Below are positions 29,879 through 39,233 of a DNA stretch of 64,000 nucleotides, piece after piece. The DNA comes from SAR202 cluster bacterium (GTDB lineage: Bacteria > Chloroflexota > Dehalococcoidia > Lucifugimonadales > UBA6927): positions 20,815 to 84,814 of the forward strand of contig JAKUTX010000004.1 of the NCBI GenBank assembly GCA_022447855.1, in the 5' to 3' direction. Below the pieces are notes generated by a model, which did not search any database, was not told the origin of the DNA, and saw only the letters and a list, made by a program, of their open reading frames with translations. The position numbers were made by a program, and so were the translations under genes. Each line of letters starts with the position of its first letter. The first letter of the stretch is position 1.

Positions 29879-30613
29879 ATGTTAATACCTAACCAACCCA
29901 ATAGTACACCTTTAAGAACCTGTGCAATACTCCTAGCTGCAGGTTCAGGTAATCGGATGGGTACAGAAGATAAAATTCTATCAACTTTAGGAGAAATTCC
30001 TGTATTGTTTCATAGTTTAGAAGCGTTAAATTCTTCATCTGATATATTTTCAATTATAGTAGTCGTCCCAAAAGATAAAATCCTTTCCTACACAAAAAGA
30101 ATCAATGATGGAAATTTCAAGAAAATTCAAAAAATATGTGAGGGAGGGAATTCCAGACAAGCTTCAGTTCGAGCAGGATTACGGTTTGTACAATCTGTAG
30201 GGTGGGTACTAATACATGACGCTGCAAGGCCATTCATTACTCATCAAATGATTTCTGATGCAACTCAGGCTGTTAAGGAAACGGGAGCGGCTACTGCAGC
30301 AATACCAATGACAGACACTCTAAAACTTTCAGAAGATGGTGGACTTAGTGTAAAACTCACAATTCAGCGCGAAAAAATTTGGGCAGCTCAAACTCCGCAA
30401 ATTTTTTCAGTTGATATTATTAAAGAAGCTCACGAAAAACCTCCCATATCTGATTTTAGTGATGACTCATCATTGATTGAAGCCTTGGGAACAAAAGTTA
30501 AAATATTTTCAGGATCCACAAGCAACATCAAAATCACATTTCCTAATGATCTTAAGGTTGCATCCTACATATTAGATTCTATAAACGACTCAAATACCAG
30601 GACATTATCATGA
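29879..30613 (+). CDS. ispD: 2-C-methyl-D-erythritol 4-phosphate cytidylyltransferase
   Basis: AILLAAGSGNRMG, VLIHDAARPF and QTPQIF motifs. Confidence 0.9.
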   Translation: MLIPNQPNSTPLRTCAILLAAGSGNRMGTEDKILSTLGEIPVLFHSLEALNSSSDIFSIIVVVPKDKILSYTKRINDGNFKKIQKICEGGNSRQASVRAGLRFVQSVGWVLIHDAARPFITHQMISDATQAVKETGAATAAIPMTDTLKLSEDGGLSVKLTIQREKIWAAQTPQIFSVDIIKEAHEKPPISDFSDDSSLIEALGTKVKIFSGSTSNIKITFPNDLKVASYILDSINDSNTRTLS

Positions 30614-31092
30614 CACAACGATCGGGAATTGGTTTTGATGTTCATCTTCTGGCACCTAATACAAAACTTATATTAGGAGGTGTTCAAATCCCTCATCACT
30701 CTGGATTGATAGGACATTCTGATGGTGATGTACTGATTCATTCAATCATAGATTCTTTGTTAGGAGCATCAGGATTAGGAGATATTGGACAACATTTCCC
30801 AAAGAACCACCCTGATTTGAAAAACATCAAAAGTACTTTAATGTTAAATAAAACATACAAATTATTAAATAACGCACAATGGCGAGTAATTAATGTGGAT
30901 GCTACAATAATCGCCGAGGAGCCGATAATTAGTCCTTATGCAGAATCAATGTCAGAAATAATTGCACAAGAAATATCAATTGATTCGAAGTCCGTGAATA
31001 TAAAATCTACAACTTCAGACTCATTAGGCTTTACTGGTCGTAAAGAAGGAATAGCCGTAATGTCTATAGCCACAATTCAAGAATTAAGATGA
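30610..31092 (+). CDS. ispF: 2-C-methyl-D-erythritol 2,4-cyclodiphosphate synthase
   Basis: GIGFDVH, GHSDGDVLIHS, LGDIGQHFP and TTSDSLGFTGR motifs. ATGA overlap with ispD. Confidence 0.95.
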   Translation: MTQRSGIGFDVHLLAPNTKLILGGVQIPHHSGLIGHSDGDVLIHSIIDSLLGASGLGDIGQHFPKNHPDLKNIKSTLMLNKTYKLLNNAQWRVINVDATIIAEEPIISPYAESMSEIIAQEISIDSKSVNIKSTTSDSLGFTGRKEGIAVMSIATIQELR

Positions 31093-32462
31093 AATTATTT
31101 AATACCCTTTCTATGACAAAAGAATCATTCTCTCCATCGAATAATGATGTGAAAATGTATGTTTGTGGAATCACACCATATGCTTCTGCACATATTGGGC
31201 ATGCAATGGTCTCAATAGTTTTTGATGTTCTTAGAAGATATTTGGAATACAAAAAATTCACTGTAACTCATATTCAAAACTTCACTGACGTTGATGACAA
31301 AATGATCCAAGCAGCGTCAAAATCGGGAGATACAGTCATTGAGATCGCTGAAAAAAACATTGCTTCCTATATGAAAGAAATGGATCAATTAAATATTTTA
31401 AGAGCCACAACATACCCCAGGGCCACATTAGAAATACCTTCAATAATTAGCTTGATTCAAGGTTTGATAAATAAGAACTATGCATACAATGTGGATGGGA
31501 ATGTTTTTTTCAGAGTCAAAAAATCAACTGAATATGGAAAACTCAGCCATCGCAGAATTGAAGATTTGCTGGCAGGTGCGAGAATAGAGATTGATGAAAG
31601 AAAAGAATACCCTGGAGATTTTGCACTATGGAAAAAAACCATAGTGGATACTGATCCCTCATGGGACAGCCCTTGGGGTAATGGAAGACCAGGTTGGCAC
31701 ATTGAGTGTAGCGCAATGGCAACAACTTATTTGGGAGAAATGATTGATATTCACGGTGGTGGTCAAGATTTAATTTTCCCCCATCATGAAAATGAAATAG
31801 CCCAATCTGAATCATTTTCTAATAAAAAACCTTACTCAAAATTTTGGCTTCACAATGGAATGCTTCGACTCGGACAAGAAAAAATGAGTAAGTCTGTAGG
31901 CAACATTATATCTATTTCCGAAGCACTAAAAAAATTTTCTCCTGATGCAATAAGATTATTTTTCCTAACATCTCACTACAGGGATCCAATCACATACTCT
32001 GAAGACAATATACTTTCACAAGAACGCGCATTAGAAAGATTGATCAACGCTTCACTACTAGAACCCCGAGGATCCACAGAGGTTAGGTTCAATACAGATT
32101 CTTATATACAGCAATTCAATACATCAATGGATGATGATCTAAACACTCCCAGAGCCCTCTCAGTCTTATTTAATATAGCAAGAGAAATTAACCGTAATCA
32201 ATCGATATCTAACACATTAGAACCTCTACAATCAACATTAAAAATATTGGCATCAGTTTTAGGATTGTCTCTCACAAAACGCGAAAATATCCAAGCAGAC
32301 AACTCAAATGAAGGTTTTATTGAATTGTTAATTGAAATTAGATCTGACATGCGAAAATCAAAACAATTTGATGCAGCAGACAAAATCCGAGATGGCCTAG
32401 AAAAATTAAATGTATTAATTGAAGATCACAACGATGGTACAGACTGGAAATTCTCTAACTAG
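31089..32462 (+). CDS. cysS: cysteine--tRNA ligase
   Basis: HIGHA and KMSKSVGN class I signatures. CGITPY, WHIECSAM. Confidence 0.95.
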   Translation: MKLFNTLSMTKESFSPSNNDVKMYVCGITPYASAHIGHAMVSIVFDVLRRYLEYKKFTVTHIQNFTDVDDKMIQAASKSGDTVIEIAEKNIASYMKEMDQLNILRATTYPRATLEIPSIISLIQGLINKNYAYNVDGNVFFRVKKSTEYGKLSHRRIEDLLAGARIEIDERKEYPGDFALWKKTIVDTDPSWDSPWGNGRPGWHIECSAMATTYLGEMIDIHGGGQDLIFPHHENEIAQSESFSNKKPYSKFWLHNGMLRLGQEKMSKSVGNIISISEALKKFSPDAIRLFFLTSHYRDPITYSEDNILSQERALERLINASLLEPRGSTEVRFNTDSYIQQFNTSMDDDLNTPRALSVLFNIAREINRNQSISNTLEPLQSTLKILASVLGLSLTKRENIQADNSNEGFIELLIEIRSDMRKSKQFDAADKIRDGLEKLNVLIEDHNDGTDWKFSN

Positions 32463-32467
32463 GTAAT

Positions 32468-33484
32468 CTAGTGAGCAACCCTCTCAAAAACTTGAACTCT
32501 ATGTCGATTTCCGTCAGTTACATATAGCCTGCCGTCAGAATCCAATTTCACAGACACTGGACCCCAAAAGAGTTTTTCAACATAAGCGGATTCTCTATGA
32601 GGATCCCCTGTGTCAGAAAAATCTATTCCCGCCACGGGTTCTAAATTTGCATTTTTTCTGGTATCTCTTTCGTCAACATTACTTTCCATAAAACTCTGAG
32701 CCCATTTAGACAATGTAGCTTCACCTCTTAGCAATTGAAGGAAATCACCATGGTTGTCAAAAATTTGCACTCTTTCATTACCCCAATCAGCTACATAGAA
32801 ATAACCAAATTCGTCTACCGTCACACCAGATGGTCTTAGTAACTGCCCTTCTCCCCTTCCCGAAGATCCAACAGTAGATATATATTCACCTTCTGAAGAA
32901 AATCGTTGTATCCTATCATTTGCCCAGTCTGCTACATATATTTCACCGATGTGAGAGATTCCTATTCCCCAAGGAAGATTAAATTGTCCTGGATTTGAAC
33001 CATATGATCCAAAAGATTCAATCAAATCCCCTTCACTGGAATACTTTTGAATCCTATGGTTGTGAGTATCTGAAATATAAATATTATTTTGCTTATCCAC
33101 TGCTATACCTGAAGGTCCATCAAATTGCCCTATCCCAGAGCCATATTTTCCCCAAGCAGAAACAAAATTCCCATCACTATCAAATTTTTTTACCTGATGA
33201 ACGAAATCATCAGTAATGTAAATTGAACCAAAGTTATCTTCAGTTAAACAAGTCGGAGAAAAAAGATTTTCATCGGAAATCTCTGAAAATCCAAATGTCC
33301 CGTAAAATTCGCTATTTAGGTCCAATACAGTGACTCTGATTCCCCCTTGACCAGAAGTCAATGCGGGAGCCCTAGATCGATTTGCGACATATATTTTCCC
33401 GTTTTTGGCAGGTACTAAGTCAGTAGGATACTCAAAACCCCTGCCCCTCATGGCCAATATGCCCAAAGTTAAACTGTATTTCAT
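32468..33484 (-). CDS. NHL-repeat (six-bladed beta-propeller) protein
   Basis: Repeated G.G.GQF..P.GI.V....IYV.D..N.RIQ.F units, for example GSGIGQFDGPSGIAVDKQNNIYISDTHNHRIQKYS. Confidence 0.8.
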   Translation of the reverse strand: MKYSLTLGILAMRGRGFEYPTDLVPAKNGKIYVANRSRAPALTSGQGGIRVTVLDLNSEFYGTFGFSEISDENLFSPTCLTEDNFGSIYITDDFVHQVKKFDSDGNFVSAWGKYGSGIGQFDGPSGIAVDKQNNIYISDTHNHRIQKYSSEGDLIESFGSYGSNPGQFNLPWGIGISHIGEIYVADWANDRIQRFSSEGEYISTVGSSGRGEGQLLRPSGVTVDEFGYFYVADWGNERVQIFDNHGDFLQLLRGEATLSKWAQSFMESNVDERDTRKNANLEPVAGIDFSDTGDPHRESAYVEKLFWGPVSVKLDSDGRLYVTDGNRHRVQVFERVAH

Positions 33485-33542
33485 AAGAGGAGTTGTAATT
33501 TCTCAAATCCACCATTTCTAAATCTTTAATAAACCAAACCAA

Positions 33543-34949
33543 TCAAGTTCTTTGAAATTCATCGCAAACTGATGCAAGACGAATTAATTGTGGGAACTTT
33601 TCTTTCTGACCTAAACATTCACCAGCAAATTCAACCAAAATTTCTTCTGTATCAGTAGAAACCTCAAGACCACCTAATTCATTCAAACATTTTTCTACTA
33701 AATCACTAGCAGAATAATCAACGGATGCTTCAAACAATTTATCTACCATTTTACTAACACCTGGTTTCTCGATATCTCCAAATTGTTCCGACAAGAAATT
33801 CAATCTCTCTACCAGAGTACCACTATCAATCCACTCAAGTCCTTGATGCCAACCTTCAACAGTAAAAGGATTGTTCAAGAATTGACCCATCCAGCCCATT
33901 TGAACGTTCCGCATAACCATCTCGTATCTTGGTCGATCAAATTCTTCTGTCATCCTAAGCGTTCCAGCAACTAATTCTGTCGGACTTTTTATTTTCTGAT
34001 AACGAATTTTCTCATCTTTGAAAAAATCTGAATTAAATAGCACCCTTAGCATATGTTTTATATCATAGGAACCTTCAAAATACGCATCTACCAAAATCTG
34101 AATAGCCTCTGGATCTTTCGGAGGAACATACGGCCATGATGGTACTGGAGGCTCATCAGAAACAAAAAAATTATACAAATGCCGAGCGATAAATCTTGCT
34201 GTAGACTCCTGCTCACAAATTATATTGATAATTTCTTCCCCATTAAATTCCCCGGAATGACCTAAAAACTCTTTGACGCCACCATCATGATCATCTTCTC
34301 TATAATCAAAGAAATAATTTATCCGTCCATAAGGCCAGTCTGAATCTTTTTTAGATCGGGCCATCATGTATTCTGTATTACCAATTGTCCATCCTGTGAA
34401 GGCTCTGGCACATTCTTTTATATCATCCTCTGTATAATTCCCAACACCCATCGAGAACAACTCTAAAAGCTCACGACCCCAATTCTCATTAATTGCTCCT
34501 TTATGATTATCTTGATTATCCAACCAAACAATCATAGCTGGGTCCTTTGCAAGCTCTAGCAGAAGACGATCAAGTTTTCCCATAGAATGCGTTCTAAACA
34601 TCTGGATTTGTTCATGCAATACTCGACCATTAATAACTTTATCATCACCTGTAGCAAAAAGCTGATGCCAAAACAAAGTCATCTTTTCTGTTAAAGGAGA
34701 ATTGGTGGTAATCATTCTATACAACCAAATTCTTGCGGATCCCGGATAATTAATCATCCCAGAGGCTTCATGATCAAACCTTCTGACCATAAACTCGCCA
34801 ACCCAAGAATCATCTTCTGAATCTATTAAAAAATCTACAGCGGCTTGATAACCCATAGATACATATCGATCGGCCTCATCCCTAGTAGAACCAAATGATG
34901 CTCGTCTAAGTAAATGTTCAATCAACTTCACATCAGAGCTATTCATCAC
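33543..34949 (-). CDS. DUF1800 domain protein
   Basis: N-terminal HLLRRASFG, and later LFWHQLFAT, MIVWLDN and NENWGRELLELFSMG, which are characteristic of DUF1800. Confidence 0.7.
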   Translation of the reverse strand: MMNSSDVKLIEHLLRRASFGSTRDEADRYVSMGYQAAVDFLIDSEDDSWVGEFMVRRFDHEASGMINYPGSARIWLYRMITTNSPLTEKMTLFWHQLFATGDDKVINGRVLHEQIQMFRTHSMGKLDRLLLELAKDPAMIVWLDNQDNHKGAINENWGRELLELFSMGVGNYTEDDIKECARAFTGWTIGNTEYMMARSKKDSDWPYGRINYFFDYREDDHDGGVKEFLGHSGEFNGEEIINIICEQESTARFIARHLYNFFVSDEPPVPSWPYVPPKDPEAIQILVDAYFEGSYDIKHMLRVLFNSDFFKDEKIRYQKIKSPTELVAGTLRMTEEFDRPRYEMVMRNVQMGWMGQFLNNPFTVEGWHQGLEWIDSGTLVERLNFLSEQFGDIEKPGVSKMVDKLFEASVDYSASDLVEKCLNELGGLEVSTDTEEILVEFAGECLGQKEKFPQLIRLASVCDEFQRT

Positions 34950-35017
34950 GACTCCTTAATAGGAACAAATGTAAACCAAAATCATTGATGAGATACTATA
35001 TTACGGTAGTAACAAAA

Positions 35018-35239
35018 TCAAATTCTGTTAGTTGCACTCACAATTGAAATCGCTACAAATATAACCGCCAAGACTATCGTAAAGCGAAATAAAATTTGCT
35101 CCATTCCACGCCTCGTCCTAAATCCACCATCTCCACCACCAAACAAACCACCCCCACCTGCACCTCTCACCTGGAGTAAAATCAATACTACTAATAAAAT
35201 AGAAATGAAACTTTGAATTATTACAATTAAATTATCCAT
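35018..35239 (-). CDS. secG: preprotein translocase subunit SecG
   Basis: 73 aa with two TM segments flanking a Gly-rich loop (LLQVRGAGGGGLFGGGDGG). Confidence 0.8.
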   Translation of the reverse strand: MDNLIVIIQSFISILLVVLILLQVRGAGGGGLFGGGDGGFRTRRGMEQILFRFTIVLAVIFVAISIVSATNRI

Positions 35240-35275
35240 CTACCTCTACACTTCCATAACTAGAGTTTATATCAA

Positions 35276-36751
35276 CTATCGAATTGCCTCAAGATGGGAA
35301 ATGACTATTTCTCTAGCAATTTTTGGATTAGCTGTACCTTTAGTTTCCCTCATTATCTGACCAATAAAAAATCCCACTACTGCTTCTTTACCCTGAAAAT
35401 AATCACTTACAGATTTTGGGTTTTCATCAATTATTCTTGACACTGCATCTTCTAAGATTGTATTGTCCGATATTTGAACCAACCCTTGCTCTTTAACTAT
35501 TTCGGCAGGGTCACGACCAGTTTCATAAACCATTTTAAAGACGTCAGTAGCCATATTATTGCTTAACGATCCATCATTAATAAGTGTAATCAACTCAACA
35601 AGATGAGAAGGCTGAACAAGTATTTCACTAATGACCTTCCCTTCACTATTCATAAGGCTAAACAAATTAGTAATAATCCAATTTGACACCTGTTTGACAA
35701 GGCTTTTATCAACCTTAGAATTATTGTCTAAAAGATCTACTGAAGCGTCAAAAAAATCAGATGTAGCCTTTTCCGAAGTAATCAAAAGGGCGGTATCCAT
35801 TTCCAAATCATACAAATCTATATAACGATTAACTCTTTGAGATGGTAATTCTGGTATTAGTGCTCCCAAGTCTGAAATCTGATTTTTGGTAAGCGCAACC
35901 GGCAACAAATCAGGTTCCGGAAAATATCTATAGTCATGAGCAAATTCTTTACTCCTTTGGGAAAATGTGGTTTGTTTTTCTTCATTCCAACCACGAGTTT
36001 CCTGTTCAATTTTTTCACCAGCATCCAACAATTTTGCTTGCCTGAGTTGCTCATACACTAGAGCATTAAAAACAGAACGAAAGCTATTCATATTCTTAAT
36101 TTCAACCTTTGTACCAAGATTAATCTCTCCAATTGGACGTAGACTAATATTGGCATCACATCTGAAATTGCCTTCTTCCATATTGGCTGAACTAGTTTCA
36201 ACATACTTTACAATTTGGTGAACTCTCTGCAAATAGCTCCTAGCTTCAAATGGACTATTCATTTCAGGTTCTGAAACAATTTCCATTAAAGGAACCCCTG
36301 CACGGTTCATATCCATTAACGTATACCCATTTCCCTGAGAATCACGTCTATGCATTAATTTTGCGGTATCCTCTTCCAAATGAATTCTATTAATATTTAT
36401 AAGTTTTTCTTGTCCTTCATCAGTCTCAACAGACAATTTGCCATTTAATGCCAATGGCAAATCGAACTGAGATATTTGATACGCTTTCAAAAGATCAGGA
36501 TAATGGTAGTTTTTACGATCAAACTTGGAATATTCCGAAATGTTACAATTTAATGCCAAGCCAGTTTTAACTACGTGTTCAACTGCTAGACGATTTATTT
36601 TTGGCATCACACCTGGCATACCCATACATATGGGACATACGAATGTATTGGGTCTAGAATCTTGATAATCAGCAGCACAGCTACAAAACATCTTGCTTTT
36701 TGTAAGCAACTGAGCATGAATCTCAAGCCCTATAACTGTTTCATAATCCAT
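35276..36751 (-). CDS. gatB: Asp/Glu-tRNA(Asn/Gln) amidotransferase subunit B
   Basis: MDYETVIGLEIHAQL, CPICMGMPG and RIHLEEDTAKL motifs, with a C-terminal YqeY-like tail. Confidence 0.95.
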   Translation of the reverse strand: MDYETVIGLEIHAQLLTKSKMFCSCAADYQDSRPNTFVCPICMGMPGVMPKINRLAVEHVVKTGLALNCNISEYSKFDRKNYHYPDLLKAYQISQFDLPLALNGKLSVETDEGQEKLININRIHLEEDTAKLMHRRDSQGNGYTLMDMNRAGVPLMEIVSEPEMNSPFEARSYLQRVHQIVKYVETSSANMEEGNFRCDANISLRPIGEINLGTKVEIKNMNSFRSVFNALVYEQLRQAKLLDAGEKIEQETRGWNEEKQTTFSQRSKEFAHDYRYFPEPDLLPVALTKNQISDLGALIPELPSQRVNRYIDLYDLEMDTALLITSEKATSDFFDASVDLLDNNSKVDKSLVKQVSNWIITNLFSLMNSEGKVISEILVQPSHLVELITLINDGSLSNNMATDVFKMVYETGRDPAEIVKEQGLVQISDNTILEDAVSRIIDENPKSVSDYFQGKEAVVGFFIGQIMRETKGTANPKIAREIVISHLEAIR

Positions 36752-36821
36752 TTTAAGCCTAAATAAAAATCGTGAATTGATTATATATTCAGTTCATCCA
36801 TCAAACAAGAGTTTGAAATAA

Positions 36822-37472
36822 CTAAAACATGTTCGCATTAAATTTCAACGGAACAAATTTACAATTAGCGATAGTTTGCACAGCCATCCCACTAGGTGAT
36901 TTGTGAATTAAAATTAGTTCTTGACCGGATGGACCTCCAACAGGAACAACCATTCTTCCAAATTTACTCAATTGATTAATGAGTTTCTTTGGTATTGATG
37001 GGCATGCAGCAGATACTACAATTGCATCATAAGGAGCATTCAACTCAGAACCCCATTCACCGACTTCAACATTTAATACTGACGTAGTGGAAAAACCCAA
37101 TTCTATCAAACGCTCCTGAGCAATATTATACAAACCTGTAACACATTCAGTTGTGGTGACTTTGTCAGTTAAATTACTTAATATCGCTGCTTGGTATCCA
37201 CTACCAGTTCCAATTTCCAAAACGTTTTCAAATTTAGAAATATTCAAACTATCAAGCATAATAGCAATAATAGAAGGTTGAGAAATTGACTGGTTAAATT
37301 CAATGGAGAGTGCCACATCATCATAAGACTTCGAAAAATCTTCTGGCATTACAAATTTTTCTCTAGGAACACTATGCATCGCATTAATTAATCTATTGTT
37401 ATTAATGTCAATCTGTAATTTTTCAAACAATGTGTTTTTAGACTCGAAAAGGTTCATATAACAATTAATCAC
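36822..37472 (-). CDS. pcm: protein-L-isoaspartate O-methyltransferase
   Basis: SQPSIIAIML and the SAM motif VLEIGTGSGYQAAILS. The start could be the Met 5 codons downstream. Confidence 0.9.
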   Translation of the reverse strand: MINCYMNLFESKNTLFEKLQIDINNNRLINAMHSVPREKFVMPEDFSKSYDDVALSIEFNQSISQPSIIAIMLDSLNISKFENVLEIGTGSGYQAAILSNLTDKVTTTECVTGLYNIAQERLIELGFSTTSVLNVEVGEWGSELNAPYDAIVVSAACPSIPKKLINQLSKFGRMVVPVGGPSGQELILIHKSPSGMAVQTIANCKFVPLKFNANMF

Positions 37473-37554
37473 TTAAATGCAGATCTAATCTATGTCACAA
37501 CTTAACAAGAACAGTATATAATACTTATTGTAGGTTGTTTATCTAAGGCATGGT

Positions 37555-38304
37555 GTGAAATTGCCACAATATTATCCAGTTTTCCTAGACTTAAAAGGAC
37601 GCAAAACCTTAATAATAGGTGGAGGTGAATTTTGCCTGGAAAAAGTGGAAATTCTTCTTGAATACAATGCAGAAATTGAAATTGTTAGCACGCAAATTCC
37701 TGAAAAAGTTAAATCATTGTGGCAAAAGAAAATTGTGAAATGGTCTAATCGTGAATTTATCCCTGAAGACCTTAATGACACATTCCTTGCAATAGTTGCA
37801 GATACTTCAAATGAGTCATTAAACCAAAAAGTATATGATGAATCCAAAAAGCGTAATGTTTTGCTAAATGTTGTAGATGTAACCCATCAATGTTCATTTA
37901 TTACTCCTGCAATAATAAATAAAGGAGACGTTACGGCGGCTTTCTCTACAAGTGGTGCAAGCCCTGCATTAGCAAGAAAATTTCGAGAAATACTTACAGG
38001 AAATCCTGTAGAGTCTTCTCATCCAGTAATGAATTACGCAGTTTTAGCTCCATTGTTGGCTGATGTCAGGAACGAAATACGCTCCAAAGGAATAAAGCTT
38101 TACAATGACCACTGGCAAGCTTCTATTACTGATGAATTAGTAAATTATATTAATGATGGCAAGTATGAGATAGCTAGGAAAGTATTATTAAATGATTTGT
38201 TAGAAGGAATCGATTGCGAATGTTCCAATAACATTTGTAAAAAATATGAGTCTAAAATTGAAATTGCGGTGGCATTAAAGAAAAATTCTCCTAAATGGAA
38301 GTAA
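37555..38304 (+). CDS. sirC: precorrin-2 dehydrogenase / sirohydrochlorin ferrochelatase (SirC/CysG-N type)
   Basis: YPVFLDLKGRKTLIIGGGEFCLEKV Rossmann N-terminus and STSGASPALARKFR motif. GTG start. Confidence 0.75.
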   Translation: MKLPQYYPVFLDLKGRKTLIIGGGEFCLEKVEILLEYNAEIEIVSTQIPEKVKSLWQKKIVKWSNREFIPEDLNDTFLAIVADTSNESLNQKVYDESKKRNVLLNVVDVTHQCSFITPAIINKGDVTAAFSTSGASPALARKFREILTGNPVESSHPVMNYAVLAPLLADVRNEIRSKGIKLYNDHWQASITDELVNYINDGKYEIARKVLLNDLLEGIDCECSNNICKKYESKIEIAVALKKNSPKWK

Positions 38305-38307
38305 TCA

Positions 38308-39231
38308 ATGGACTACCCATCAAAAGTATATTTAGGGACTAGATCTAGTCCCTTATCGTTGAAACAAACTGATGAAGTACTAAATCTTCTCAAAGCAAAG
38401 TATCCTTATATTGATTTCATAATAGTCAAGTCGGAAACTCGAGGAGATCAAAACAAAAATGCACCTCTAGACTCAATGAATAGAGGCATGTTCTCCTCTG
38501 ATATTTCTGAAGCAGTTTTAACCAAAAAGATTGATTGTGCATTGCATTCTGCCAAAGATTTGCCTGTAGTTGCGGGAAGTGAATTGATAATCGCAGGAGT
38601 GCCAAAACGTTCCGACCCAAGGGATGTTTTAATTACAAAATCGAAGCTCCCATTAGACCAACTTCCTTCAGGCACTCGATTAGGAACAAGTAGCCTCCGA
38701 CGAAAAATACAAATACAACACATAAGACCCGATATAGAAATCGTTCCTATTAGAGGAAATGTGGGAACACGAATTGATAAAGCCCTGAATTCTCCTGACT
38801 ACGATGGAGTAATTCTTGCAGCATCTGGGCTAATAAGACTAGGTATCCAAGACAAGATTGATCATTTTTTGTCACCTAGCTTATGCACTCCCGATATTGG
38901 ACAAGGTTCACTAGTAATTGAGACACAAAAGGACAATCGAATGCTTTCAGAAATCCTCTCTCAAATTACTCATCAAGATAGTTTAATTGCTTTAACTGCT
39001 GAGCGAAGTTTTGTGACTGAAATTGGTTCAAATTGCTCAACCCCTCACGCTGCTTTTGCTGAAGTCGTTAAAGATAGGGTTCAAATGCAGGTGATGGTAG
39101 CTTCAGAAAATTCTGTGGAATTATTTCGATCAAAAATTTCATGTAATATTAACACGCCCGAACAAGCCGGGAAAATTGCACTTGACTCACTACTAAATCA
39201 AGGTGCAAATATTCAAAAGTACAAGAGATAA
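38308..39231 (+). CDS. hemC: hydroxymethylbilane synthase (porphobilinogen deaminase)
   Basis: LGTRSSPLSLKQT, LGTSSLRR, IRGNVGTRIDK and the cofactor Cys region. Confidence 0.95.
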   Translation: MDYPSKVYLGTRSSPLSLKQTDEVLNLLKAKYPYIDFIIVKSETRGDQNKNAPLDSMNRGMFSSDISEAVLTKKIDCALHSAKDLPVVAGSELIIAGVPKRSDPRDVLITKSKLPLDQLPSGTRLGTSSLRRKIQIQHIRPDIEIVPIRGNVGTRIDKALNSPDYDGVILAASGLIRLGIQDKIDHFLSPSLCTPDIGQGSLVIETQKDNRMLSEILSQITHQDSLIALTAERSFVTEIGSNCSTPHAAFAEVVKDRVQMQVMVASENSVELFRSKISCNINTPEQAGKIALDSLLNQGANIQKYKR

Positions 39232-39233
39232 CA

